Made by a program: the position numbers and the translations under genes. DNA of 63,905 bases, counting the filler, from Conidiobolus incongruus B7586 (lineage: Eukaryota), in NCBI GenBank assembly GCA_000697335.1. It is 8 parts of 8 records of this genome, joined end to end, with 100 filler letters (N's around TTAATTAATTAA, not from the genome) between each part and the next. Parts side by side here need not be neighbours in the genome. Positions count along the whole stretch, not along the records: positions 34,630 to 56,732 come from JNEM01006419.1; positions 56,833 to 58,330 come from JNEM01006426.1; positions 58,431 to 60,063 come from JNEM01006428.1; positions 60,164 to 61,713 come from JNEM01006431.1; positions 61,814 to 63,905 come from JNEM01006434.1; 3 more parts are not named here. One strand, given 5' to 3'. Positions 52,310-63,905 of the stretch are shown one piece after another. Within the stretch, counting starts at the first letter, position 1. Each line of letters starts with the position of its first letter. The notes under the pieces were generated by a model, which saw nothing but the letters and a program-made list of their open reading frames with translations, did no database searches and had not been told where the DNA came from.

Positions 52310-53200
52310 TAGTGAATAAATTTTTTATCATTTTTAAATATAGCTTATTTCAAAGTTAAAATATTATTCCGCCAGTTGGAAAGAAAGTGCGACCGAAGAA
52401 CTCAAGCAAAAAAAAGATTTAGGCAAGATGGTAATAAGTACTTCAAGCTATAAATGACCTGTGAATCCAATAGCAAGTTTTAGTAAAAAAGTGATATTCA
52501 AGAGAATAAAGATAGAGTTATATATAATACAGGTTATTAACACTGATAAATAATCGAACGCTTGTTACCTTGTCATTTTTAAAATAGTAATATCTTTGTC
52601 CTTTCTCAAACTCGACGCTAAAATTAATTGAACAAATACTTTCCTGCCAAAAGTAGAATCCAAAAATATGGTGGCTCGGTATTGAAAATAATTAAAAAAT
52701 CAGAAAAGTAATCAAAATATAAAATCCATTAAAGTCTGTGAATGCAAGGTATTGTATAAATTATTTTGGAGGTTTAAAATTTTGAAGAATAGCAATATAT
52801 AAATATAGTATTTTAATATTTTGGTCGATCTAATAATAATGATATTAACAATTTGAGTTCTTTTTAAAGTTTGAAAACAAAATTTCAATATTGATAATAG
52901 AATTATTAGTATTTCCTACCTGAAAAATAATCTTCATTGCAAGCCGAAATATATAATATACCAAATTCTTATTGAGTACTTTATATTTAAGGATGAATTT
53001 AGAAAATGAAGTTATAAATTCTTCAGATTCTTCTCTTGGATTGAATATAAATATAAGAGCATTTTGAGTTCGATCAATATTTTATAATAGTTCTTTGTGA
53101 TTGTATATATGTTTATATATTATTGCCAATATCAGAAACCTTTATAATGGTAAAATACATTTTAATCAGAAACATTTATACTCGAAACTACTTGAAATTG
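52310..53200 (-). pseudogene. Decayed GPCR-like paralog
   Basis: GAATCCAATAGCAAGTTTTAG corresponds to LKLAIGF and GTTGGAAAGAAAGT to the T.SFQ region. Collinear but interrupted. Ends approximate. Confidence 0.65.
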
Positions 53201-53259
53201 TTTTCTTTTATAATTTATACTATTTATAAAAATAATATTTAATTTTTGAATTAATATTA

Positions 53260-54530
53260 TTAAATAAATTAGGTAATGGCAAAATTTTAAAAATAAATTG
53301 AATCGAATTATTATATTCACGATAAGTATTAATAGAGAATATAAAATTAATATTTTCTTTATTATTAATACCACTTTGTTATACTTTTAGTAAGCTTCTA
53401 ACACTTAAAATACTATTTTTTATTCAAGACTTAAATTTAATATTTTACAAAATAATTAAATTTATTTATGGCATTTTTTGTAATTGTACTTTTTAATTAC
53501 CTAAAGCAATCATAATCAAATGGTTTGTAATTTAATAAATATTCTAAATGTGGTAACTTTTTCTAATGTGTTTAATACTAATAATCTTTTATAACTTTAA
53601 TTTTATAAATTTTATAATATAAAATAAAAAGCATCTTGATTTAATTATAAGAAAACTAATTAATAATAATTTTTTTTAAAAATTAATATAAAAACTGTTA
53701 TTAATTGACTAAACTAGAAAAACTTAATAAGGAAATTATTTAATTATATCAAATTACAAAAATTACTTCTTTAATATTTATTAAGTAGCTATCTACTTAA
53801 TTTCATAAAAAAGATTATTTTAAATTAACCATATATTTTATTTCTTTTGTAAAAAAGGATTATATAAAAATATTTAAAATTCATTGATTATAAAGATTAA
53901 ATTTACTCACCTTAGTTATTATCTAAAATATAATAATTTATATTTCAATATATTTATTATAGTTTTTTAAATATTTATTATTTTTAAGGTTTTTTTATTT
54001 AATTAATAAATCTATATTTAAATTAAAATATATATATAATATACTGATTTGACGATTATTAAATAATATTGATAATTTCCTATCTAAAATAAAAAAATAG
54101 CTATTAATATGATTTTTTAATTTTAATAAAAAATGAAAGAGTGATCATAAAAATAAGTTTTTTAAATTTTAATAAATAATCAATAATATCCTTTCTATAA
54201 AATTAAATATTTAGCAATAAAGGGTAATTTTGGATAGATCGCTATCTTTATTGCCTATATATAAGTTTTAAAAAATTATATATGGCGTATGGTGAAGTGT
54301 TAAAGATACTAAAATGAAACTTTAAATTCTCGCTATTTAAATGTATTTGAACTAAAAATTAAATATTTTATAGCCAATATTTTTATGAAAGAACCATTTT
54401 AACTTAATATTTTTATAAAATTCTAAAAATATTAGGTCTATTATAGATTTTTTAAGCAATATTTTTTTAAAATAATATGATCCTTGAAAAATCAGAAATT
54501 AATAAATTTGCTATTTTTTAATTTATATAT
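53260..54530 (-). mobile_element. Full-length mariner relic, ~1.27 kb, strongly decayed
   Basis: Collinear with 21263-22529 (AAGCTTCTAACACTTAAAA, TTACCTAAAGCAATCATAATCAAAT, end block TTGAAAAATCAGAAATT). Confidence 0.7.
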
Positions 54531-54599
54531 TAATAATATTTAAGTATAATTTTAATATATTAATAATTCTATATAAAATGTATAATAGGATTTTCTATT

Positions 54600-56203
54600 T
54601 AAAAATAACTAGGAAAAGCTAATATATTGAAAAGATCCGATATATTATAGCTTATTAATTAACTTTTCTTTAGTTTATTAAAGATTATAATTAAAATTCT
54701 TTTTATATAAATTTATGTTATAGGGAATTTCAACTTAATATTTAATAAAAACACAATTTTAAATAATATAAGTTTAATAAAAATATAATAATAAAATATT
54801 CATAATTTAAATAAGTATAATTTTTGAAATATATATCTATATAATTATATTATTAAAAAACTAGTTTTTTAAAATTTTTTATATAATTCTATATAATTCA
54901 ACTAACTATAAATTATATAGTTAATTTATACTTTTATAATTATATTAATTGTATAAATAATATTGAATTATTTAATTAACAAGGTTTTTCTTTTTCCTTT
55001 CAATTCATACTTTTTTTAATCTTTTACACTATTCTTAAAATTGAAACTATACTCTATTAAAATTATAGTATATTAATATTATCTAATATAAATCTTAATA
55101 TATTAGCAACTTATTTTAATTTAAAGCTTAACTAAATTTTGTTTATATTTACACCTTATATTTTATGTTATTTTATTATATTTTATATCATATTATTTTA
55201 TATTAATTTTTCTTTTATATTATATTAATTTAACTACTATTATAATTATATAGTAATAATAATAAAATTATTAAAATCTTATTAGAAAATTCATAACTAT
55301 TTGTGTTAATTTATTTATTACTATTTTAAACTTTATCTATAATTAATTTTATTTAAATTTAATAATATATATTATAATACCATAAAAATAATATCACTAT
55401 ATTATTTTAATGATGATAATAGTTTATTTACTAAGTGAGTTTAAGATTTTAATCTTTAAAAACTTATTATCCTTTAAAAATCTTATATTAAACAACTCTT
55501 GTTTAAGAAAAATATAACTTAAAAAGCTTAAATTTAACAAACTAGTTATTTCACTATTATTAATATATTAAATTATCTTTTTAGTATTTTTAAAGATAAA
55601 TTAATTACTTATAATAATTTTAAAAATTTTCAGAAACTTGAAAACTATTTGAAAAATATAAAAAATTATTTTAATTAAATTCTTAATAAAGATTTAAAAA
55701 ATATCTTTAAATTAATTATTTTTTTAGAAGAATCTACTTATATTTAATCTTTAACTTATTATAAATTTAATCATAAAACAACATTAGGGGGATAATTTAC
55801 TGTAAAAATATAAACTCTTAAATAATTAGAAAAAACCATTAAAGAAAGATATTACTTAAAAAATTAAGTTTGATTAATAAGAGAAAAGCTTTTTTAACTA
55901 AAATAAAAACCTTTTATAAAGTAATTAATTAAGAAACTTAATGGGATATACTTAAATATATTCAAAATCACTAAAGAAAAATAAATCCATAAGTTATTAT
56001 AATATTTTAATTTTTAAATAAAACTTTAATTAATTAATAGTGTTAATTTTAATAATATGTTTTTTAATATTTATAATACAACAATTATAATTGATAATAT
56101 CTTTTATTATATAATTAAATGTTTTTATCAAAAGAAATAATCTTTTAAAACTTATTTTAACTTATTTTAATCTTAAATAATAAATGTTTCTATTTTAAAA
56201 CTC
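54600..56203. repeat. Unclassified hypermutated interspersed repeat (family C), copy 1
   Basis: ~55340-55800 is collinear with 61814-61960 joined to 63537-63905. Outer boundaries not resolved. Confidence 0.55.
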
Positions 56204-56205
56204 TA

Positions 56206-56732
56206 CACTGACTTGCAAAAGTGAGTCATAAAATCAAAAATATATATATTTTAATTAATAACTAAAACAATTGTATATATTAGATTACTTGAAACTATAA
56301 TATATAATTAAGGTATATTATTTAATAATAAATAAATATATTTAGATATATTTAGTAAACTATTAGCAAAAATATTAACCCTTAATATTTAACCAAGGTG
56401 AGTCATAAATTTGCAGGTTTTTGAGATAAGGGGATATATTTAACAATATATAACCATATCTTTTTTCTCTCTTTGCTATTATTTTATATAATATTTTACA
56501 GATATACTAAATTCTTTTTATTAGTATCATTATGCCTAAATCCCTCTCTAAAAAAATCCACTTGTGCATCAATCAACTTTATAAAGAAGGTAAATCAACT
56601 TGTGATATTGCTAGAATTACTAGTGTTAGCTAGTCTACTGTAGCTAAGGTTGTTAAGAATAGCAATAAAGAAACATTTAAACCTAAACTTGGGTGTGCTA
56701 GGATCATGGATGAACATGATGAGAAGTATATC
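56206..56732 (+). mobile_element. Tc1 copy, left end plus transposase 5' (ATG 56532), cut by gap
   Basis: Ungapped match to 35005-35531, preceded by TA. Confidence 0.95.
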
Positions 56733-56832
56733 NNNNNNNNNNNNNNNNNNNNNNNNNNNNNNNNNNNNNNNNNNNNTTAATTAATTAANNNNNNNNNNNN
56801 NNNNNNNNNNNNNNNNNNNNNNNNNNNNNNNN
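56733..56832. other. Artificial contig linker
   Basis: N44-TTAATTAATTAA-N44. Confidence 0.97.
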
Positions 56833-57140
56833 TTTAAAAACATTTTAATTAATGAAATTTTATATTTAGTTAAAAATTATTTCTATTTATAGAAATAAAG
56901 TTTTTAATATAATTAATATATATTTTATTTAATATCAAAATTTTCTTTATTTAAAAAATTCTTAAAATTTAAAATTTTTGAAAAAAATTTACCATAATTT
57001 AATTAAAATAAATAAAAACTATGTATTTTATTTAAATAATAACTATAATTAAATTATTAAGTTTAAATATAGTAAAAATTCTATCAAGCACAAACTTAAA
57101 ATTAGTTATCAAAAGTCAACTATTATTAAATATAATATTA

Positions 57141-58330
57141 CTCTGTATTTTTAATAATGGGAATTTTTTGCAATTGAAAATAAATAAATATTTTAATATA
57201 TAATATATAAAAATAAATATATAATATAAATTTAATAGTTTTTTTTATTATTAATAACTCTTTGTTATACTTTTAGCAAAAATCTAATATTTAAAAAATA
57301 GTTTATTTTATTAAAGATTGAAATTTGATATTTTATAAACTAATTAAATTTTCTTGAAGAAATTTTCTTTCTTATAAGCTAGTTTTTTAATTACCTAAAG
57401 TAATTATAATCACATAGGTTATAATCTAAAGAATATACTAAATATGGTAGTTTTTTCTAGTTATTTTTAATTAGAAAGTTTCTTATAGCTTTAGATTTAT
57501 AAATTTTATAATTATCATGTAAAATAATAAATCTTCTTAAATTATATTAAGAATACTAATTAAAAAATTTTTAATTGAAAAAACAATATAAAGTTTATTA
57601 TTAATTGATTTTCCTTTAGAAACTAAATAAAAGTAGAATATACTATTATAATCTATTATAATAATTAATATTTGTTTATTAACAAAATGTTTATTTAAAA
57701 GGATTTGTAGAGAAAGTTAATTTAACTTAATCTAGCATTTTAATTTTTGTTTTAATAAAAGATTATATATAGGGATTTAAAATTCATCAATTATAATTAT
57801 TTGCTGTAAAAGTTTAGGTTTCTAGTAATATTTTAGTAAGTTTTATTTAGTAATAGCTACTCTAGCTTTTTTCTAAGCTCTAGTTAAATTATAAAATATT
57901 TATTTTATATTTTTATTTATTAATTTGAGTTTAAACTTTAATATATTTAAAATACTTATAAAACTAATATTAAAGTGTTTAGAAAATTTTCTAGCTGAAA
58001 TAAAAAGGTGTTTTTCAATATATTTTTTCACTTTATTAACAATTAAAAAAAATAACAGTTGAAGTTAGTTTTCTAAATTTTAACAAGTTTTAGATAGTTT
58101 TTTTTTAGCTTTAAAGTAATTTACCTAACAATAAATTGTTAATTTAGATAATGCTTTATTATTAAAAGCTACTTGTAAATTTTAAATAATTTTAGAGGGT
58201 TTATGGTTAAATTTTACTAATACTAAAATAAAAAACTTTTAATGATTACTATTTAGTTTAAACATAATTAAATTAAACAGCTAAGTTTAAAAAGTTAATT
58301 TTTTAATCAAAAAAATTAATATATATATAT
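57141..58330 (-). mobile_element. Mariner (DD34D) relic, cut by gap
   Basis: Minus strand gives IILHDNYKIYKSKAIRNFLIKNN*KKLPYLVYSLDYNLCDYNYFR*LKN*L, with exactly 34 residues between the HDN Asp and the CDY Asp. TA-CTCTGT end. Confidence 0.85.
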
Positions 58331-58430
58331 NNNNNNNNNNNNNNNNNNNNNNNNNNNNNNNNNNNNNNNNNNNNTTAATTAATTAANNNNNNNNNNNNNN
58401 NNNNNNNNNNNNNNNNNNNNNNNNNNNNNN
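58331..58430. other. Artificial contig linker
   Basis: N44-TTAATTAATTAA-N44. Confidence 0.97.
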
Positions 58431-58669
58431 TTAAATTAATCAAAATAATAATAGATATATATGCTATAGTCTAATTAATATATTAATTATGATTATTTTT
58501 TCCAAATATTTTATTTAGAAAATATTTATAACTTATGTTTATATTTTGACATTATTATGAAGAATGATATATATTAATAAATTTTAATAAAAATACAAAT
58601 TGAAATAATTTTATTTAAAAAATAAAACTTAATATTAATTGATTTAAATTTTAAAATTATGTTAATATA

Positions 58670-60063
58670 CATTAACCTATAAAAGTGAGTCATAAAATCA
58701 AAAATACTTATATTTTTATTAATAACTTAATTAATATTTAATGAAATAAACTTAAATTCAATAATTAAAATCTATTATATTTATTAATAATATATATCAT
58801 TAAATGATGATATTAAGTTATTAATTGGTTAAAATATAAACTTTTAAATTTTACCTAAGATAAGTTATAAATTTATAGGTTTTTGATGATAAAAAAATTA
58901 AAACCTAGTGTATCTATCTTTAACTTTTTTAATTTCTTTAAGTTTATAGGGTATAGAATTAATTAACTTTTTATACTAAAAAGGGTTAATCTTATTTTAT
59001 ATTTCTTAATTATATTCTTAAAGCTGATTTAAATCTTTTATTAAAAGAAAAGCTTTAATAACTTTTTTTAACTAATCCTAAAGATATTTAATTAGGTTTA
59101 AGTTAAAAGATTAAAAAAGCTACTTTATAACTATTATCTTGTTATTTTTAAGCTATTTGGTTATAGAAGCTATAATATAATAAAAGGTATTATCTTGCTA
59201 GAAAATAATATTAGATTTATTTAACCTATATTATTCAATAGTTTTTTTCAATTTATTATTTAAAATACTTTAATATATTTTAATATTAATTCCCCTATTA
59301 ACTTTACAAAGATATTTTATATCTAAAGATAACATATATCCCTAAATAATAATTAACCTATTATTATACTTTTGGGTAGAATTAACATAATAGTTATAAA
59401 GTAATTTTATATCTTTTTTAAAATATCTAACTTTTCTATTAAATTTACTATAATATATTTCTATTTTATTAAATTAAATAACCTTACTTTAATTAATTTT
59501 AGTTTAATATTAGTGATGATATTTAAAGTCTCATCTAGCTTTATAATAAGATTTTTTTAGTTAAAAGTGTTTTTTCTTAAGATATAAGTAGTATCTATGC
59601 TAATATAAAATATATATAATAATATTAATGCTAGCTAATATTCTTGTATAGTTTTATAATTCTTGTTATATTTTTACAATAATACTATACTTGCTTATAT
59701 TAACTAACTTATAAATATACTTTTTATTGTATTTATTTATAATTTTAATATACTTAAGTTTAAGTTTAAATGTGTTTTTATTATTATTCTTAATAACTTT
59801 AATTATAATAAACTAACTAACACTAGTAATTCTAGTAATATCACAAGTTGATTTATTTTCTTTATAAAGTTGATTAATATATAAATAGATTTTTTTAAAG
59901 AGGAATTTAAGTATAATAATACTAATAAAAAAATTTAGTATATTTATAAAATATTACATAAAATAATAACAAAAAGAGAAAAAAGATATGGTTATATATT
60001 GTTAAATATATCCCCTTATCTCAAAAACCTATAAATTTATAACTCACTTTAGTTAAATATTAA
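58670..60063 (-). mobile_element. Tc1 copy, heavily hypermutated, left end lost in gap
   Basis: Reverse-complement collinear with ~35185-36576. End CACTGACTTGCAAAAG reads CATTAACCTATAAAAG. Confidence 0.92.
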
Positions 60064-60163
60064 NNNNNNNNNNNNNNNNNNNNNNNNNNNNNNNNNNNNN
60101 NNNNNNNTTAATTAATTAANNNNNNNNNNNNNNNNNNNNNNNNNNNNNNNNNNNNNNNNNNNN
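60064..60163. other. Artificial contig linker
   Basis: N44-TTAATTAATTAA-N44. Confidence 0.97.
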
Positions 60164-60396
60164 GTGGCATTTTTGATCATGACCTCGGAACTATCGACAC
60201 CTATCACTTTATCAAAGTGATCAACTAGTCCTATAGCTACTTGGCCTGTACCAGTACCCAAATCTACAGCAGTTTCCAACTTGCAGCCATTGGATAGATG
60301 ATAGTGAATTAAAGCATCAAATAAACATTTCTCATAAGTAGGACGATAATTGGAATAGGATTCAGAATTGAAATCGGAATCTTGCCAAGTAGTCAT
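60164..60396 (-). CDS. Class I SAM-dependent small-molecule methyltransferase (Tmt1/Crg1-like), N-terminal part, truncated by gap
   Basis: FNSESYSNYRPTY, motif I AVDLGTGTGQ, and VIGVDSSEVMI. Confidence 0.85.
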
Positions 60397-60608
60397 TGTT
60401 TTTCGGTTATTAATACTATAATTTTTAATTAAATCAATTCAATGCTAAGAAAAATTTACATATTTATATCCCAACTCAATTAGTTCTCAAATATTTTCAA
60501 ATTTGTTAATCTCATAACTCAAAAGGATATCATATTAAAAATCTCATTTAATTTAAAATTTTAAATTTTTTAACTGATCTTGGAATATTTTTGATCGTAT
60601 GATTATAT

Positions 60609-60944
60609 TGTCACCAGTCAGGCAACTCCCCTCCCACATAATATGCTTACTTCAACTGAATATAAGAGTCATTCCCCCCTCACGTGACCAACCACTTCAA
60701 CCTGATCCTTTAGTCAGCTAATGATACAACCCTCCAGAAAACTCCAGAAACCCACTACTCTATGCACTATATATAGAATCCAGAAACAGAGCTATTCTAC
60801 AAGAGAAAGAGTTCGATCTTGGTCCTCCCAGCTATTTGGCTTAAACCAATAAACCCCCTATCTCCCTAACATTTACCTGGAATTCCCTAGATCTCTCTTC
60901 AATTGAAACTATTCTGGACACAGCTTCTCCAAGACCTGTTAATA
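60609..60944 (+). mobile_element. Solo LTR (family A), second copy
   Basis: TGTCAC...TGTTAATA termini, TATATATAG box then AATAAA. Homologous to 5164-5500. Confidence 0.7.
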
Positions 60945-61229
60945 TCAATAATAATGAAAAAAATTATTTGAACTGGTGTGATTTTTATTTTGCATGTCAT
61001 AGGGAATCTCTATAAATGTTATATTTATAACTATTGATGATAGGTGACTCAAATTTAACCAATCCTGATATTTAAGTTATATATATTGATATTGCTATAA
61101 TTGCCAAATAAATCATCATTCCAAATCAGATATTCGAATTAAAATTAAAATTTATATTTCAAAAATTATTACATATATATAGATTTGAATGAATAAGTTT
61201 CAATTAATGACATTATCAAGTTTAATAAT

Positions 61230-61609
61230 TAATTAATATAGAAATTAAATATTGTTAAAATTTTAAAATCATAATTAAATAAAAGAATTAATATACATAT
61301 AAAATTAATAGCCTTTTTTATTATTAATAGCTTTTAGCTATAATGTTAACAAGCTTCTAATACCCAAAAAATAGTTTTTTTTATTAAAACTTAATTTTAA
61401 TATTTTATAAATTTATTTATTTATAGGAATTTTTTTATTCTAAAAAATATTATGATTATAAAAGTTATAACCTAGTAAATATATTAAATAATATATCTCT
61501 CTTTTATATTTTTATATAGAAAATATTTTATAATAATTATATAATATATAAGAGTTATTAGAATATTTTTTATATTGAATAATTTAATTAGTTAAATGTC
61601 TCTAATATA
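61230..61609 (-). mobile_element. Mariner relic (3' part)
   Basis: TTATTATTAATAGC...AACAAGCTTCTAATACCCAAAAAATAG matches the GVRSL..WQKVI region of other copies. Ends approximate. Confidence 0.6.
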
Positions 61610-61713
61610 TATTAACTTACAAAAATAAGTTATATAATCAAAAATATATATATTTTAATTAAAATCTAAAACAATTGTATATAATAAATTACTTAAAACA
61701 ATAATATATAATT
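61610..61713 (+). mobile_element. Tc1 left-end fragment, heavily hypermutated, cut by gap
   Basis: TATTAACTTACAAAAATAAGTTATA...CTAAAACAATTGTATAT matches 35005-35110 with C>T and G>A changes. Confidence 0.8.
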
Positions 61714-61813
61714 NNNNNNNNNNNNNNNNNNNNNNNNNNNNNNNNNNNNNNNNNNNNTTAATTAATTAANNNNNNNNNNNNNNNNNNNNNNNNNNNNNNN
61801 NNNNNNNNNNNNN
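61714..61813. other. Artificial contig linker
   Basis: N44-TTAATTAATTAA-N44. Confidence 0.97.
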
Positions 61814-63905
61814 AATTTTTTTATTTAAATTTATCATTATATATTATTATACCCTTAATAAAATATCCTTATATAATTTTAATAAAGATAATAGTTTAAT
61901 TACTAAGTAAATCTAAGATTTTAGTTTTTAAAAACTTACAACCCTTTAAGGAACTTATATTATATATACTAGCCTATAAAAGTAAGTTATAAAATTAAAA
62001 ATATATATATTTCTATTAATATCTTAATCAATTCTAATTTAAATAAACTTATATTAAACTATATAATTAATATAAATTTTTTAATTATAATATAATATAT
62101 ATAGTTAAATTTGATTATTTATTAATTGACATATTAACACTAAAAGTATTTTTAAGATGAGTTATAAATTTGTAGGTTTTAGTATTGATAGAAAAATTAA
62201 TATCTAGTATATCCACCTTTTGTTTTTGTAACTTCTTTAAGTTTATAAGGTATAGAGTCAATTAGCTTTTTATATTAAACAAGACTAATATTATTCTAAG
62301 TTTCTTAAATATACTTTATAGTTGATTTAAATTTTTTGCTAGGGAGAAAGCTTTAATTAATTTTTTTAGTTGATCCCAAAGATATTCAATTAAATTAAGA
62401 TTAAGAAATTAAAAAGGTTATTTTATAATAGTTATTTTGTTATTTTTAAACCATTTAATAATAGAATTTGTAGTATAACAAGGTGTATTATCTTGTTGGA
62501 AAATAATATTTGATTTTTTTAATCTATACCATTTAATAATTTTTTTCAATTTATTGTTTAAAATACTATAGTATATTTCAATATTAATTCCCTTATTAAC
62601 CCTATAAAGATACCTTATACCTGAAGATAATATACATCCCTAAATTATAATTAACCTACTATTGTATTTTTGGGTTATAATAACATAATAGTTATAAAAT
62701 AGTTCTTTATCTTTTTTGAAATATCTAGCTTTTTTATTAGATTTATTAAAATATATCTTTGTTTCATTAGATTAAATAACTCTACTCTAGTTAGTTTTAG
62801 TTTAACTTTAGTGTTAACATTTAAACTCTTATTTAACTTTATAATAAGACTTTTTTAGTTGGGGGTGTTTTTTCTTATAGTGTAAGCAATATTTATTCTA
62901 ACATAAAATATATATAATAGTATTAGTACTAACTAATATTCCTATATAGTCTTGGAATTTTTGTTACACTTTTATAGTAATATTATACTTACCTGTACTA
63001 ACTAATCTATAAATATACTTTTTATCATACTTATCTATAATTTTAACATACTTAAATTTTGGTTTAAGTGTTTTTTTAATATTGTTCTTAATAACCTTAA
63101 CTATAGTAGATTAGCTAATACTAGTAATTTTAACAATCTCACAAGTTGATTTATTTTTATTATAAAGTTAATTAATATATAAGTGAATTTTTTTAGAGAG
63201 AGATTTAAACATTATAAAATTAATTTTAAAAAATTAGCTTAATAGTTTTATAATACATATAATATAACAAAAGAAAAAGAAGATATATATAAGTTTTGTT
63301 ATTTATACCCCTTTAACTTATAAACCCACAAATTTATAACTCACTTTAGTTAAATTTTAGGTTTTAATATATTAACCAATAGTTAATGTAATATAATCAA
63401 ATATAATTAGTTATAATCAATTAATATAGGTAAATCATATATTTTAATTTAAATTTATTTAATTAGGAATTGTTTAAGATATAAGTAAATATTTAAGTAA
63501 TTTTGATTTTATAACTTACTTTTGCAGGCTAGTATAGTCTTTAGTTAAGAAAATTATAATTTAATAAGCTTAAATTCAATAAACCAATAATTTAATTATA
63601 ATTAATATATTATATCATCTTATTAATATTTTTAAAAATAAATTAATTATTTATAATAGTTTTAAAAACCTTTACAAATTGCAAAATTACCTTAAATATA
63701 TATATATATATATATATTTATTGAATTTTTAATTATAGTTTAAAAAATATTTAATTAGTTATTTTTTTATAAAAATCTATTTATACCTGATAATTAACCA
63801 GTTTTAAGTACAATCTTAAAGAATCTTTAAGGAGATAATTTATCACAAAAATATAAACTTTTGAATAATAATAAAAAACTTGTAAAAAAAGATATTATTT
63901 AAAAA
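61814..63905. repeat. Family C repeat, copy 2, split by the Tc1 at 61967-63534
   Basis: Removing the Tc1 restores continuity with ~55340-55800 (GATAATAGTTTA.TTACTAAGT then TTAAGAAAA.TATAA.TTAA.AAGCTTAAATT). Confidence 0.7.
61967..63534 (-). mobile_element. Full-length Tc1 copy of a second subfamily, 1568 bp, heavily hypermutated
   Basis: Ends TA-TACTAGCCTATAAAAG and CTTTTGCAGGCTAGTA-TA. Transposase collinear with 35331-36346 and ends KGGYTRY*. Confidence 0.9.

Noticed and set aside
11297..53374. Short I/L/N/K/Y/F-rich ORFs (11297, 15701, 31218, 43461, 47451, 53162)
   Set aside because: Composition expected from AT-rich non-coding or hypermutated transposon DNA. Several start at non-ATG codons.
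1..63905. tRNA, rRNA genes or CRISPR arrays, and individual TATA boxes upstream of genes
   Set aside because: No cloverleaf, rRNA-like or regularly spaced repeat-spacer structure seen. TATA-like words precede most genes but are too common in this composition to call.

Overview
Very AT-rich eukaryotic genomic DNA. Short (~50 nt) GT-AG introns, a fungal-type B cyclin and MCT-type MFS carrier, and an expanded family of intronless class-A-like 7TM receptors suggest an early-diverging fungus, probably Conidiobolus/Neoconidiobolus-like (inference only). The window is eight contigs joined by seven artificial 100-bp linkers (N44-TTAATTAATTAA-N44). Host genes: an MFS transporter with a frameshifted tandem paralog, a divergent B-type cyclin, a 4-exon PC4/Sub1 gene missed by the ORF track, a winged-helix (HARE-HTH-like) plus SET-domain protein, a head-to-tail array of five intact and two decayed GPCR-like genes, and the 5' part of a class I SAM methyltransferase. 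Much of the apparently empty AT-rich DNA is decayed transposons: five Tc1 (DD34E, IR/DR ends) copies, about eight mariner (DD34D) relics, one unclassified repeat family and six solo-LTR-like elements. The strongest signal is in the multicopy DNA transposons. In the one pair aligned base by base, every difference is a C:G to T:A transition, mostly CpA/TpG to TpA, and damage is graded across copies. Short diverged solo LTRs and host paralogs are largely spared. This is the signature of a RIP-like repeat-induced hypermutation defence, in a lineage that appears to lie outside the Pezizomycotina where RIP is established.
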